Assembly (NCBI RefSeq): GCF_009914755.1
Contig: NC_060937.1
From: the human T2T-CHM13v2.0 reference genome, Homo sapiens
Reading direction: 5' to 3' (one strand)
DNA: 64,000 nucleotides
Within the stretch, counting starts at the first letter, position 1. Every line of letters begins with the position of its first letter. Position numbers and translations under genes: made by a program. This document shows, one piece after another, positions 13,360 to 25,199 of the stretch. The notes beneath the pieces are model-generated. The model did not search any database, was not told the origin of the DNA, and saw only the letters and a program-made list of their open reading frames with translations.

Positions 13360-13490
13360 TTCTTTGTGACCAGGGGAAGTCACTTAACTTTTCTGACTAT
13401 TTACCTCTCTAAAATTAACAGGACCACATGAGAACTAGATGTAGAAATGTTTGTTAAAGTGCACTGTAGAATGAAAAGTGCTAGAGAACC
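13360..13490 (+). mobile_element. MIR fragment
   Basis: 'tgtgaccaggggaagtcacttaacttttctga'. Confidence 0.55.
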
Positions 13491-14353
13491 TAAACTGTGA
13501 TTCATACCATGTTCTGCCCAAAGCCTCTGTTGATCTGCATCCTGGTTGTGTTAGAATATAGACCTGTGCATTCAGCCTCTCTTTGTACCTGCTGTACAAC
13601 ATTTATTAACAAAATATTGGAAGGTAAGAGGTGCTGATGACCGGTCGAGTAATCAGCATGTTGATCGATCTGCACATAGTAATCAAAAACAACTTGTGTG
13701 GTTCTTTTGGATTCGTGTTCCAGATCACAGTCTAGTCTGCATTAATGTCTGTGAATGGATACTCATGTTAAAGATTTTATTTTCTTTGTTCTCTTTGCCA
13801 ACTCACAAGACAATTTCCCTCAGACTTGATGTGGGAGCCTGAAAAGGTAGCCAGACACCTAGGTATGTATGTCTGTACAGCGTCACGTACTTACGTTGCT
13901 GTTGAGGGGCTGCACCTTCTGGACCTTGTTGTAAGGGAGACGGGGCAGTGAACACAGGTTTCACTGCTGCCTCCAATACCACATCCTGGCTCCCGTGGCT
14001 CAGACCTAGAGACCTTGCAGGCAGGTACTGTTAGTGATCTTAGCACTGGAGAATAAATTCTGCAAGAAGAACATTTTTCTCTCACCTGTTTCTTTGAGAA
14101 CAAAGGAAAGAAAAGACTTCTAAGCTTGAATTCTAAGCAAGAAGCTTCAGTTTCATAAAACATCAAGACATTGGTTCACACAGCTTGTAGTATGTGGATA
14201 CAAGTTGAAATTCTGGGAAGATAATCTTCCAAGTTCCGCAGACATCTGTATTATTTTCTGAGAGCTGTCATAACAGAGTACAGCAAATTGGGTACATCAA
14301 AACAACAGAAATTTGTTCTCTTACAGTTTTGAAGGCTAGGCATGTGAAATTAA

Positions 14354-14716
<363 letters not shown>

Positions 14717-14749
14717 CCTTGCCTCTTATTCTAGCTTCTGATTTTACTG

Positions 14750-15684
14750 ATGTTGACTTAAAATCATGAGATCCATAAATTTGGAGAAGAGAGCTTTGTT
14801 TTTTAATAAAGGTTGCAACCTGCAGGCTGGCCATGCTGCAGGCTGAGAGGCATAGCCCCTGGCAGAGACTGAAAGCAGGCACTTTGAAGGAGGAAGGATG
14901 AGACAGGAACTGATGCTGAATGGTTTAGCTAAGTAGACGTATTCAACAGGTTATAGGAGGAACTATGAATATTCACAAAGAGGGGGCATGCATGCTTAAT
15001 AAGCAAAAATGTATGTTGCATACATCCCATGTTCACTTAGGGGTGGAGACAACATTTAAATGCATTAAAAGCAGGCTTTATATGTCAGAAGATGAAATGG
15101 AGGACACAGGGCATCCATGTGCAGCTTCTGTAGACTGGCTAGAACCGGTCCATGGTCTGTGGAGGAATGTGATGTGGTCCTTGTCACCTGCTGTGTTGAG
15201 ACCACAGGAAAGCAGAGAGTCTGGGTATGGCGTCTAGTGATTGGTTAAAATCAGTGGTGGAGCAAGTCTTTTGAAAGGGAGAGAAAGGCAATTTGGGGGG
15301 AGAGGGTATAAAGAGGCGCATCTGACCTCCCATCTCATTGTGGCCAGGAACTCAGTTTTCAAGGTTTCTCTGGGGTCCCCTTGGCCAAGAGAGGTCTTTT
15401 AAGTTGCTTGTAGGGGGTTAGAACATTCTTTTTTCTTTTGAGACAGGATTTCTCTCTGTCACAGAGGCTGGAGTGCAGTGGCTGATCATGGCTCACTGCA
15501 GCCTTGAACTCCTAGGCTCAAGTGATCCTCCCACCTCACCCTCCTCAGTAGCTGGAACTACAGGCATGCACCACCACACCTGGCTACTTACAACTTTTTT
15601 ATTTTTTATTTTTATTTTTATTTTTTTTGTAGAGATGTAGTCTTGCTATGTTGCCCAGGCATAGGACTTCATTCTTATTTCACA
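14750..15684 (-). mobile_element. ERV1 MER4-group LTR containing a partial AluJ (~15428-15660)
   Basis: TG...CA ends; 'ctcagttttcaaggtttctctggggtccccttggccaag'; AluJ text 'catggctcactgcagccttgaactcc'. Confidence 0.7.
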
Positions 15685-15910
15685 CCAGTGATCCTTAGCG
15701 CTCCTTGTCCTGTAGGCTCGTCATTCCAGTCTCCGCATCCATCCTCACGTGGTATTCTCCCTCTTTGTCTCTGTGTCCAAATTTCCCTCTTCTTATCAGG
15801 AGACTGGTTACATTGGATTCAGTATCCACGTACTGCAGTATGGCTTCCATTTAATCTAACTAATTACATTTTTAATGACTGTGATACTGTGATTTATAAC
15901 AAGAAATACA

Positions 15911-16723
15911 CAGAAGCTCCCTGACTTACTATGGGGTTACATCAATTGACAAACCCATTGTAAGTTGAAAATATTATAAATTAAAAATGCATTCAATACA
16001 CTGCATCTATTGAACACGACAGCTTAGCCAAGCCTACCTTAACGTGCTCAGAACGCTTACATTAGCCTGTGATTGGGCAGAAACATCTAACACAAAGCCC
16101 ATTTTAAAATAAGGTATTGAATTTATGTTGACCTGAAGGAAGAAATTGAGACACAAAATATAATTTTAAAGTGTTTACTTGAGCCAAGGTGAGTACAACT
16201 GCCCGGGAAATACTTCTAAGTTGCCTTGAGAAGTGCACCTTTCGGCCTTTGCTACAAGGAGGTTTTTAAGGGCAAAGGTGGACAAGGAGTGGGCTGATAC
16301 AATTCATATTGATTTACAGAAATAACATTGATTAGTGATTGGCTATACGTGGTTGAACTGTAGGTTATGAGCTGTGGTGTCCAGTGTGCGGCATTGTCAG
16401 GGTAATTTGTAGTTACTTGGCATCAGTCAGTCTAGAGTCAACGTGGCAAGCACCTTGAAGAGATCAAGTCAGAATGGAGTGGGACGTGACTGCTGTTCCA
16501 TTCCAGTGCTTCTCTGGGCCTGATCATTTAAGGGGGGCTTGCATTCTTCCGCTATAGTGTGTCTTTTCTTTCTCATATCTCATGTAATTTATTGACTATT
16601 GTACTGAAAGTGAAAAACAGAATGATTGCATGGGTACTCAGAGTGCAGTTTCCACTGCATCATGTCATTTCACACTGTCAAAATGTCAAAAAATTGTAAG
16701 TCAACCCATCGTGAGGGACTGTG
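15911..16723 (+). mobile_element. MER47A (TcMar-Tigger MITE), interrupted by an LTR
   Basis: 'cagaagctccctgacttactatggggttac...cttagccaagcctacctt', resumes 'tctcatgtaatttattga...aaagtgaaaaacagaatg'. Confidence 0.85.
16127..16575 (-). mobile_element. ERV1 LTR (MER65/MER4-like)
   Basis: 'tgttgacctgaaggaagaaattgagacacaaaatataattttaaagtgtttacttgagcc'...'ttttctttctca'. Confidence 0.65.
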
Positions 16724-19069
16724 TACATATTTGGTCTTGTTCCCATTTCCTGAAACACAGCACCTAAAATCTTTGGGATCTCCAAAGTGTGATGATATGT
16801 GTCTGTGTATGCTAGGCATATGACTGATGGCTGGGGGCTCCTGGATAGCCTCCAGGGTTGGGGGCGCTGGTTGCCAGAGGAAACAACTATGTGATTAGAG
16901 GGTTGGAACTCTCAGTCCCACCTGATCTCTGGGGAGTGGTGAGGGCTAGAAGTTTGAGTTGATCAGCAATGGCCAATACTTAATCAATCACGCCTGTGTA
17001 ACAACCTACAAAGACAGCATTCGGAGTGCTTTCAGGTTGTTGAATTTGAGGAGGTGCCAGTAGGTGCCGGAAGCTCCACACCCTTCCCTCATTCCTTGCC
17101 TATGCGTCTCTTCCATCTGGCTGTTCATTTGTATCGCCGGTGATATTCTTAATAATAAATGAGTAAGTGTAAGTAAAGCATTTCCCTGAGTGTCCTAGCA
17201 AATAAATCAAACCCAAAGAGCGGGTCTTGGGAACTCTAGTTTATAGCCAGTTGGTCAGAAGCACAGATCACAACTGGGGCTTGTGACTGGTATCTGAAGT
17301 CGGGGGCAGCCACGCGAGACTGAGCCCTTCACCTTAGGTCCTGATATCATCTCTAGGTAGATAGCATCAGAATTGAATTGAATTGTAGGACACCCAGTTG
17401 GTATCTGCTTGGAGAATTGCTTGGAGTGCAGAGAAAATCCCCCATACATTTTGGTCACAGCAGGTTCTGTGTTGTGTGGAGTGTGAGAATAGTACAAACA
17501 GTTTGGTGTTTCCTATCGGCTTACAATGACCCTATTTCCAAATAAGGTCACATTCTGAGATTCCCATGGGCTAGGGCTCAACACTGTGGGGGAACACAAT
17601 TCAACTCATAGCAATATCTAAGCACTAAATGTTTGTCCAGGAGGTCTTGAACCTGAAACGTTCCCAACAGCCAAGACAGAGACCCAGAGTCATGTGTTTC
17701 TATTTCCAACATAAACTTTTATAATCTACTGTGCTTTTGTTTTTATAATTCCCTCATTGGGAAAAGTTAGGAAAGAGTTTCTCAGTAAAGAATGAATAAT
17801 GGGTGTTTGATTTAGTCACCATTTTTACATTCAGAAGTGAAAGCTCTGATCTTGCAGCACACAGTTTTTTTTTCCTTCTTTTTTTTTTAATGGAAATAGT
17901 TGGGGATTTAAAGTACAATGATTATAGCCTGAGGAGATATGATTGTCTCCTGCTAATTCATTGAAGTTAGTAAGGTATCTTCTATAAGACCTTAATCAGA
18001 TCTTCTACCATTCATTCTATTTCTTTCCTCTATAGATTATTCTTTAAAGCAGTTTGGGTTTGTGCTTTGCAAGCATCAGGATTTTTGGATCTCACACTTG
18101 AAGCTGTGCCTATTGATCTCAAAGATATTTTATTTTCAGGACACATGGTCATTGAATTTTGTATCTGGAGATTGAATTTCTGGTCAGAAACAAGTTAAAG
18201 AAATGTTCTCGTTTTTTGTTGTTTTTCAGCATGGAAGAGGTGAACGTTAACATAAACATTTAGCCATAATTATAAATTCATCAACTGTGATGCAGTTTTA
18301 ATTATACAAGGCCAATTGAAAATGCAAAACATGAATATGCAATTTTAATTTAGATACATGGGTAATTACAATGATACTTCTCACAGGAAAAAGCAGGAAA
18401 ATTTCGTTTTACTCCTCGTTACCCCTCTTCCCTTAAATGCGATCCTTGTTCATTAAATCCTCTAATATCCTTGGAAATCGTCCTGCTGTGGGTTTTTTTT
18501 TAATTGCTCATAGACAACTGGAGTTAAAATCCAAATCCACCTAAAATCCAGTGTGAGAGCCTGTTTTAAAGCTCCACTTTGTGTTTTCAGGGGAAGGGCA
18601 GAACGGTCCGCACTGTTCTCATTTGTATTGACGTCAACCAAGTATCTCAGTGAAAGTGGATTTCAGACCCACCAATCGCTTACGGAAGAGATACGACATA
18701 AACATTGAAATAGTAGGAGCTATATTATACTATAAATATATAAGAGCTTTGTACTTGGTTTAAAGATTGAAGGCTGTTGTCTTCAATATATAGCTCTTCA
18801 CGTATTTGTGTGGATCTCCATGTCTACATCCTCAAATAAACACTTTAACTTTGCAGGTAGGTAGTGAAGAACATGAAGACTCCATAAATACTCATATGCC
18901 AATAATATTTCAGTTAGATTCACCTCTATTCTAAATTCATATGCTTAATGATCTGTTTATTCTGTTATTAAATAAAATGAAGAGATGAGTTTCTTATTAT
19001 CAGATATAACTATCAATTAAATGATTAAACTTTAACAAATATATTAGAATTTAAAACCAGTCAATTTGC

Positions 19070-19250
19070 TTAATTCTACTAATATATGAATATGCTACTA
19101 ATATATTATTTCTACTAATATATATTAATATTCTACTAATCTATTACTTAGTAATATTCTACTAATATATTAATATTAATATTCTAATCTGTTAGTAATA
19201 TTCTACTAATATATTAATATTAATATTCTACTAATACATTAATATTCTAT
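19070..19250. repeat. AT-rich imperfect tandem repeat, core TTCTACTAAT
   Basis: About six core copies interleaved with 'aatattaatatt'. Confidence 0.8.
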
Positions 19251-20629
19251 TTAGTCTCCTTGGGAGATGTTGGCCAAGAGCGATGCCATTTCTCAAGTCA
19301 GGGAAACTCAACAGCTGGTGCCTTGGATGTAAATGTAGGTGTTTCTGGAGGGAGTTCAGAGCAGCTTCTTCCTATTCCTTCTTCCTCCATGCTGATCTCA
19401 AAGCTGCTTTTATCTGCAATGTCAACATAATGCTAAATGCAATCATCACTTGGGCTTTATATCACTTATATCTGATTCCCGTGTGTTATAACAATAATTA
19501 TGCATATCATTAAATATTATCATTGGGGCAAGATTTATTTATTGCTATAAAAATTCTATTCCCATGTGATCAGTTCACATATTTTGTTGCTCAACCAAAA
19601 ACTGTGTTCTAGTAAAAAAAAACAAGGGGGGGGGTAACACTTTTATCAATCTGGTTAAAACCTGATTTGGGATGATTCATGGAATTGCCTAGCAACAAAG
19701 CACTTTGATTTTACAATACTGGGTGCAATTTGACTACTCAAAACACAATAAGAAGAAAATTTTCATTGATCTGCTTAAAGATTTTCCACTGTTATTGCAA
19801 ATGTTTAAGTGGATCTCTCAGAAGCATGTTGGAATTAAAAACAACCACCACCACCTTCTTTTGAATTAGTACCTTATCTTTTAGAGCCTTTTTGAAGGAG
19901 GTTTTATTATTCATCACCATAACCAATAACACAATGATCATTATAAAGATTATTATCAGAAGCATTTATTAAAACCATTTTCCTGGATTGTAGAGTAGGT
20001 CTGTTGCTGTGGGAAAGAAGTATTTCATTAAAGAGTATCTTCACAATACAAAAGCATTTACTCAGCCTTCCATGTTGTTTTCCTGGGAGTTTCAGGAGTC
20101 ATTTTAATAAGCAATCAACAGGGATTGAGCTAGTGAAAAGTATTTCAGAGTTAAGTACCACCAAAGTTAAATTCCCAACATTATCACTCTCCTTAATTAT
20201 AAGCCACTAAGACAACTATTCATTGCCAATGTGCTATACAGGAATTTCCTGGTGCCCAATTACATGTGTGTATCCTGTTTAGAGAAGAGTAAAAAGGGGG
20301 AATCGTTTCAGTGCCTTCGGTGTGGAGGGACTTCTGGGCTGTGTCAGAAACACTGTTTTACCACTTAGTGCTGTGACTCGGAGATGTTCCCTGTGCACTT
20401 GCTCTGAGAACTGAGTGTAAGATCCCAGTAGACAAACGTTTTTAACGCACATGCAATGCATGCCTATTTAAATGGGATGGATGGGGAATGAGCATTGTTT
20501 AATTGGCTTTCTTATTAACAGAACATTACTAAAACACAAATCTTGCATTACTACTTTTCAATCAATGATTTTCAAACAATTGGAAAAGTCTGTTAAGTAT
20601 TAAAACGAGAGTGAACAGAATCAGGATCT

Positions 20630-20870
20630 GGTCTCAAACATCACCTTGGGAAGAAGCTTTCCGTACCCATCCTGTCTAAAGGCACATCCTGCTCCCATTC
20701 CAGTCACTATTCTCAGACTCCCCTGAAGTCAACAGGTGCATTTACTCCGTCATATGCTAGAAAATACACTCCACAGGGACCTGGGACTGTGCTCATCTTG
20801 TCCACCACAGTATCCCCGGCAGCTAGACCAGTTCCTGGGCGATGTTGAAGCTCAACATCTATTGGTGGAC
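20630..20870 (+). mobile_element. L2 3' fragment
   Basis: 'ctccacagggacctgggactgtg...cagtatccccggca...ctcaacatctattgg'. Confidence 0.6.
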
Positions 20871-20914
20871 CAGAGCAGTCAATTTCGGAGTGTCTCAGGG
20901 TCATAAAGAGTTAG

Positions 20915-21160
20915 ACTGTCCAAACTGTGTGCCTGGAAGGCTATTTCTGTGGAATTTTAACCAATGTTACATGATAAAGGGGCTCTGAAGTCAAATAAAT
21001 GTGAGAAATAATGGGATGAACAAGGCTAAACAGATGTTTTCAATGTAAGATTTCTGAGAATCTTCAAGATACGAATTATCCAGTCATAGTCCCTCCTCCC
21101 CTCTTTTTTGAGGAACATCTTCACCAATATTCAGAGAAAAAGACTTGGGGAAATGTTGCT
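20915..21160. mobile_element. hAT-Charlie relic (MER112/Charlie4z-like)
   Basis: 'gtcaaataaatgtgagaaa...aacaaggctaaacagatg...ttggggaaatgttg'. Confidence 0.5.
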
Positions 21161-22364
21161 GAATAGCAAATGAGGATGATTCTGATTGCTTGGGATTTTT
21201 GGTGATTTGGAGTCCATATAAACAGGCAGATATTGCAGAATGTTAAATATGCCCCCTTAAAAGAGATAATCCATTTTAAATGGCAAATAATATTTTGAGG
21301 TGTGCATAGAAGAAAGGTTTAGTGGTAATATGAGAGCCTCGGGTGTTGTTGAATCCTAATCTTATCACTATGTTTATTTTAGAGAAATGTAATTTCCTGA
21401 GAACAACTCAGGGCTAAGTTGCAAAACCTGGAGAAGAAGGAAGTCCAGCAACATTTGTTGCTGTTTTTACATTTTGGTCTTATGTGACCTTCAGGTTTCA
21501 GCAGCTTATCCATCCAGTGATAAAAGATGCTTTTTTTTTTTTTTCGATAACAGCCTCTTTTACTTTGCCTGTTAATAACAAATGATTTCTAATTAAGAAC
21601 CTCTTTTTGATCTTGATTTTGGGTGTACATTTATCAATAAGTTTAAAAGAAAGGTCTTTTGACTTATGGGATTTGTGTTTTTTACTTTTTTCAGCTATGC
21701 ATTTGATCGTACTTCCCTAACCATTTCCCCAAATGGAATAATCAAATGAATTTTCTTTACCTGGTCTTGTCTCTTCAGATATTATCATGTTAAGTTGAAT
21801 CCTATTCAGAGAAAATCTTACAAATATTGCAGAGTTGTTCTACCTCAGCTATTCTCTGCATCCTGTTTGTATTGCTCCAAATCTTGTCTAATTTATTTCT
21901 TTTCCTTAGGCATGCTAAAATTACTTATTCTATAAAATGGTAACTTATAAGAAAACACCACACATTTTTGCATTTGGTCCTGGTGACTTATTTTGCCACT
22001 ACAAAGAAATTTAAAATGCCCTTTACCACTAAAGAGTCTAATTTTGCCTCTTCCCTCATGTTGAAAAATTTCATTCTAGTCTTACTACTAGTTAGATGGT
22101 CTACGTCTGTGGTTCCTGACATGCAGACCATGTGCGTCATGAGTTTCTTCTTGAGTCCATGTGCCCAGTAAGCAGTATCTGTAGGTTGACTAAATAATCT
22201 CTTGCACATGTATGGGTTAGTATTTTAAAAATGTAAGTAGACACTTAAGATTAAAATAATTCAAATTAATTAAAGGCATCATCGAATTCATAGAGGTATG
22301 TTTTTATTAATACAAAGAAAATAAATATAAATGCTACCTATATTATAGGGGTCTAAGAAATGTT

Positions 22365-23057
22365 TTGTTTAACTTTAAGTTCAGAGGTGCATGTGCAGGT
22401 TTGTTACACAGGTCAACTTGTGTGATGGGGGTTTGTTGTACAGAGTATTTCATCGACCAGGTATTAAGGCTAGTACCCATTGATTATTTTTCCTGATCCT
22501 CTCCCTCTTCCCACCCTCCACCCTCTAATAGGCCCCAGTGTGTGTTGTTCCCCTCTATGTGTCCATGTGTTCTCATCATTTAATTCCCACTTAAAAGTGA
22601 GAACATGCAGTGTTTGGTTTTCTGTTACTGCATTAGTTTTTTAAGAATAGTTGCCTCTAGCTCTGTCCATGTCCCTGCAAATGACATGACCTCATTCTTT
22701 TTTGTGGCTGCATAGTATTCCATGATGTGTATGTACCATGTTTTCTTTATCCAGTCTACCATTGATGGGCATTTAGGTTGATTCCATGTCTTTGCTATTG
22801 TGAATGGTGCTGCAATGAACATACACAGGCATGTGTCTTTATAACAGAATCATTTATATTCCTTTCGGTATATAGCTGGTAATGGGATTTCTGGGTCGAA
22901 TGATATTTCTGTCTTTAGGTCTTTGAGGAATCACCACACTGTCTTCCACAGTGGTTGAACTAATTTACACCCCTGCCTCCAACAGCATATAAGCATTACT
23001 TTTTCTCCAAGACCTTGCTAGCATCTGTGTTTTTTTTTTGACTGTTTAATAATAGCC
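22365..23057 (-). mobile_element. Older L1PA (L1PA13-16-like) 3' fragment
   Basis: ORF 22625-22822 MFIAAPFTIAKTWNQPKCPSMVDWIKK; 3' UTR 'gggggtttgttgtacaga'. Confidence 0.9.
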
Positions 23058-23304
23058 AAAAAATGTTATTTTAAACTTTTATTTTAGGTGTTAAAAAAGG
23101 TCCTCATGTTCACCCTAAGGGATTCCACGTTCCTTCCATCTTCTAGTAAGATTTTTATCCTATTATAGTATGTATTGCCCCTACCCATAATGTTAATCCA
23201 ACGCTTCCTCCTATCCCTTTCTTGCTTTAGAATTTATACCCATAAGGGTGCCACATGGTTTTAAAAAGTATAGTGTGCACTTACTTTAATAATACTAGTT
23301 CACT

Positions 23305-23460
23305 CTTTTTTGTTTGTTTTTAGAGCTAGGATCTCACTCCATCACCCAAGCTGGAGTGCAGTGGCAAGATCATAGCTCACTGCAGCCTAGAACTCCTGGG
23401 CTCAAGCAAGCTTCTTGCCTTGGCCCTCCAAAGTTCTCGGATTACAGGTGTGAACCACCA
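23305..23460 (-). mobile_element. Alu monomer (FRAM/AluJ-type)
   Basis: 'gatcatagctcactgcagcctagaactcctgggctcaag'. Confidence 0.85.
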
Positions 23461-23529
23461 TACATTGAAAAATATGCATAAAGCTCACACTGAGTGGTTC
23501 TTGTCACTGGGTATGTATAAGAATCACCT

Positions 23530-23839
23530 GGCCAGGGGTGGTGGCTCACAACTGTAATCCCAGCACTTTGGGAGGCTGAGGTGGGCGGATCATGAGGTCA
23601 AGAGATCGAGACCATCCTGGCCAACATGGTGAAACCCCATCACTCCTAAAAATACAAAAATTAGCTGGGCATGGTGGCGTGCGCCTGTAGTCCCAGCTAC
23701 TCAGGAGGCTGAGGGAGGAGAATCACTTGAACCTGGGAGGCAGAGGTTTCAGTGAGGCAAGATCATGCCACTGCATTCCAGCCTGGCGACAGAGTAAGAC
23801 TCTATCTCAAAAAAAAAAAAAAAAAAAAAAAAAAAGAAG
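23530..23839 (+). mobile_element. AluS (Sc-like), TSD AGAATCACC, inside a MER5A-like relic
   Basis: Full dimer with poly-A; AGAATCACC at 23520-23528 and 23840-23848. Confidence 0.95.
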
Positions 23840-24719
23840 AGAATCACCCAAATCACCCACGGAGAAATACAAACAAATCTCATCATGGTCCTGTCTCCAC
23901 CAACAGGATGAGCATCTTCTGGGAAGGAGGGGGTGCTTGATATCTCTATTTTAAAGGAGTTCCCTAGGAGAGTCAAATGCATGGCACATAGGAAGAACCC
24001 ACTGCCAGCAATGGACCAGGCACCATGTTTGGTGCCTGGCATTCCAAGAGTGAACAAGTTAGACTTGGGCACCGTCTCCTCTAAGACTCTGGTCTTGCAG
24101 AAATCCCACAGCAACTTCTCTTTGAGTCCAGTCAGCTTGTCACCAAATGCATTGTATTCTGAGACCCTGCAATTATTGCATAAAAATGGTTTAATTAATT
24201 ACAACATGCCAGACATAAACACTTGATTCTTGGCCTTTAAAGCTCAGATACCAGACTGTCTGGCTCTAAACTGCATGCCTGGCATATGGAGTGCACAATG
24301 CCTGGCACCTAGATGGGAATCAATAGATGTTTCTCTTTCATGAACAATTGAATAAAAGAGCAATGTTTGCTGTAAAGGAATTGTTTGCTAACTTCACATT
24401 TTCAATTATTAGTTGTGGGGAAAAACTGCCCAGAGGCAAATTTCCTGATTCCTGTTTATTAGAAAATAAACACTTGCAAAAAAAGACTGTTCTTATTACA
24501 TCTCCCAAGTCTATCAAATTTCAAACATATTACAGTCTTTACTGCTAAATTTTACAAATTGTCCTTAATTCCAAGTGAGATAAATTAGATTTAGGTTTCT
24601 TCCTCTTGTAGTACCTCCCGATTCTCTCTGTCTCCCTCACTCTTTTTTGTGATTCTTACTGTTCCACTTTTATTTATGTTTTCTTTCTTTTTTTTTGCAA
24701 GGATAAGAAGATTTTGATT

Positions 24720-24830
24720 CTGGTACTTCTTGCTGGATGACTTTGGGAGCGTCAGGAAAGTTTTGTGGCCTACATTTTCTCATCTGTGTAATGGAAATAA
24801 CATTTTCCACATTGTGCTTTAGGAGAAGGA
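24720..24830 (+). mobile_element. MIR fragment
   Basis: 'ttttctcatctgtgtaatggaaataa'. Confidence 0.6.
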
Positions 24831-24856
24831 TAATAATAATATATCAAAACACATTT

Positions 24857-25199
<343 letters not shown>

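Larger units (their letters stand above)
15880..17525 (+). mobile_element. MER21 LTR with 5-bp TSD ATGAC, interrupted by MER47A
   Basis: Starts 'tgtgatactgtgatttataacaagaaata', resumes 'tatttggtcttgttcccatttcctg'; ATGAC at 15875-15879 and 17526-17530. Confidence 0.85.
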
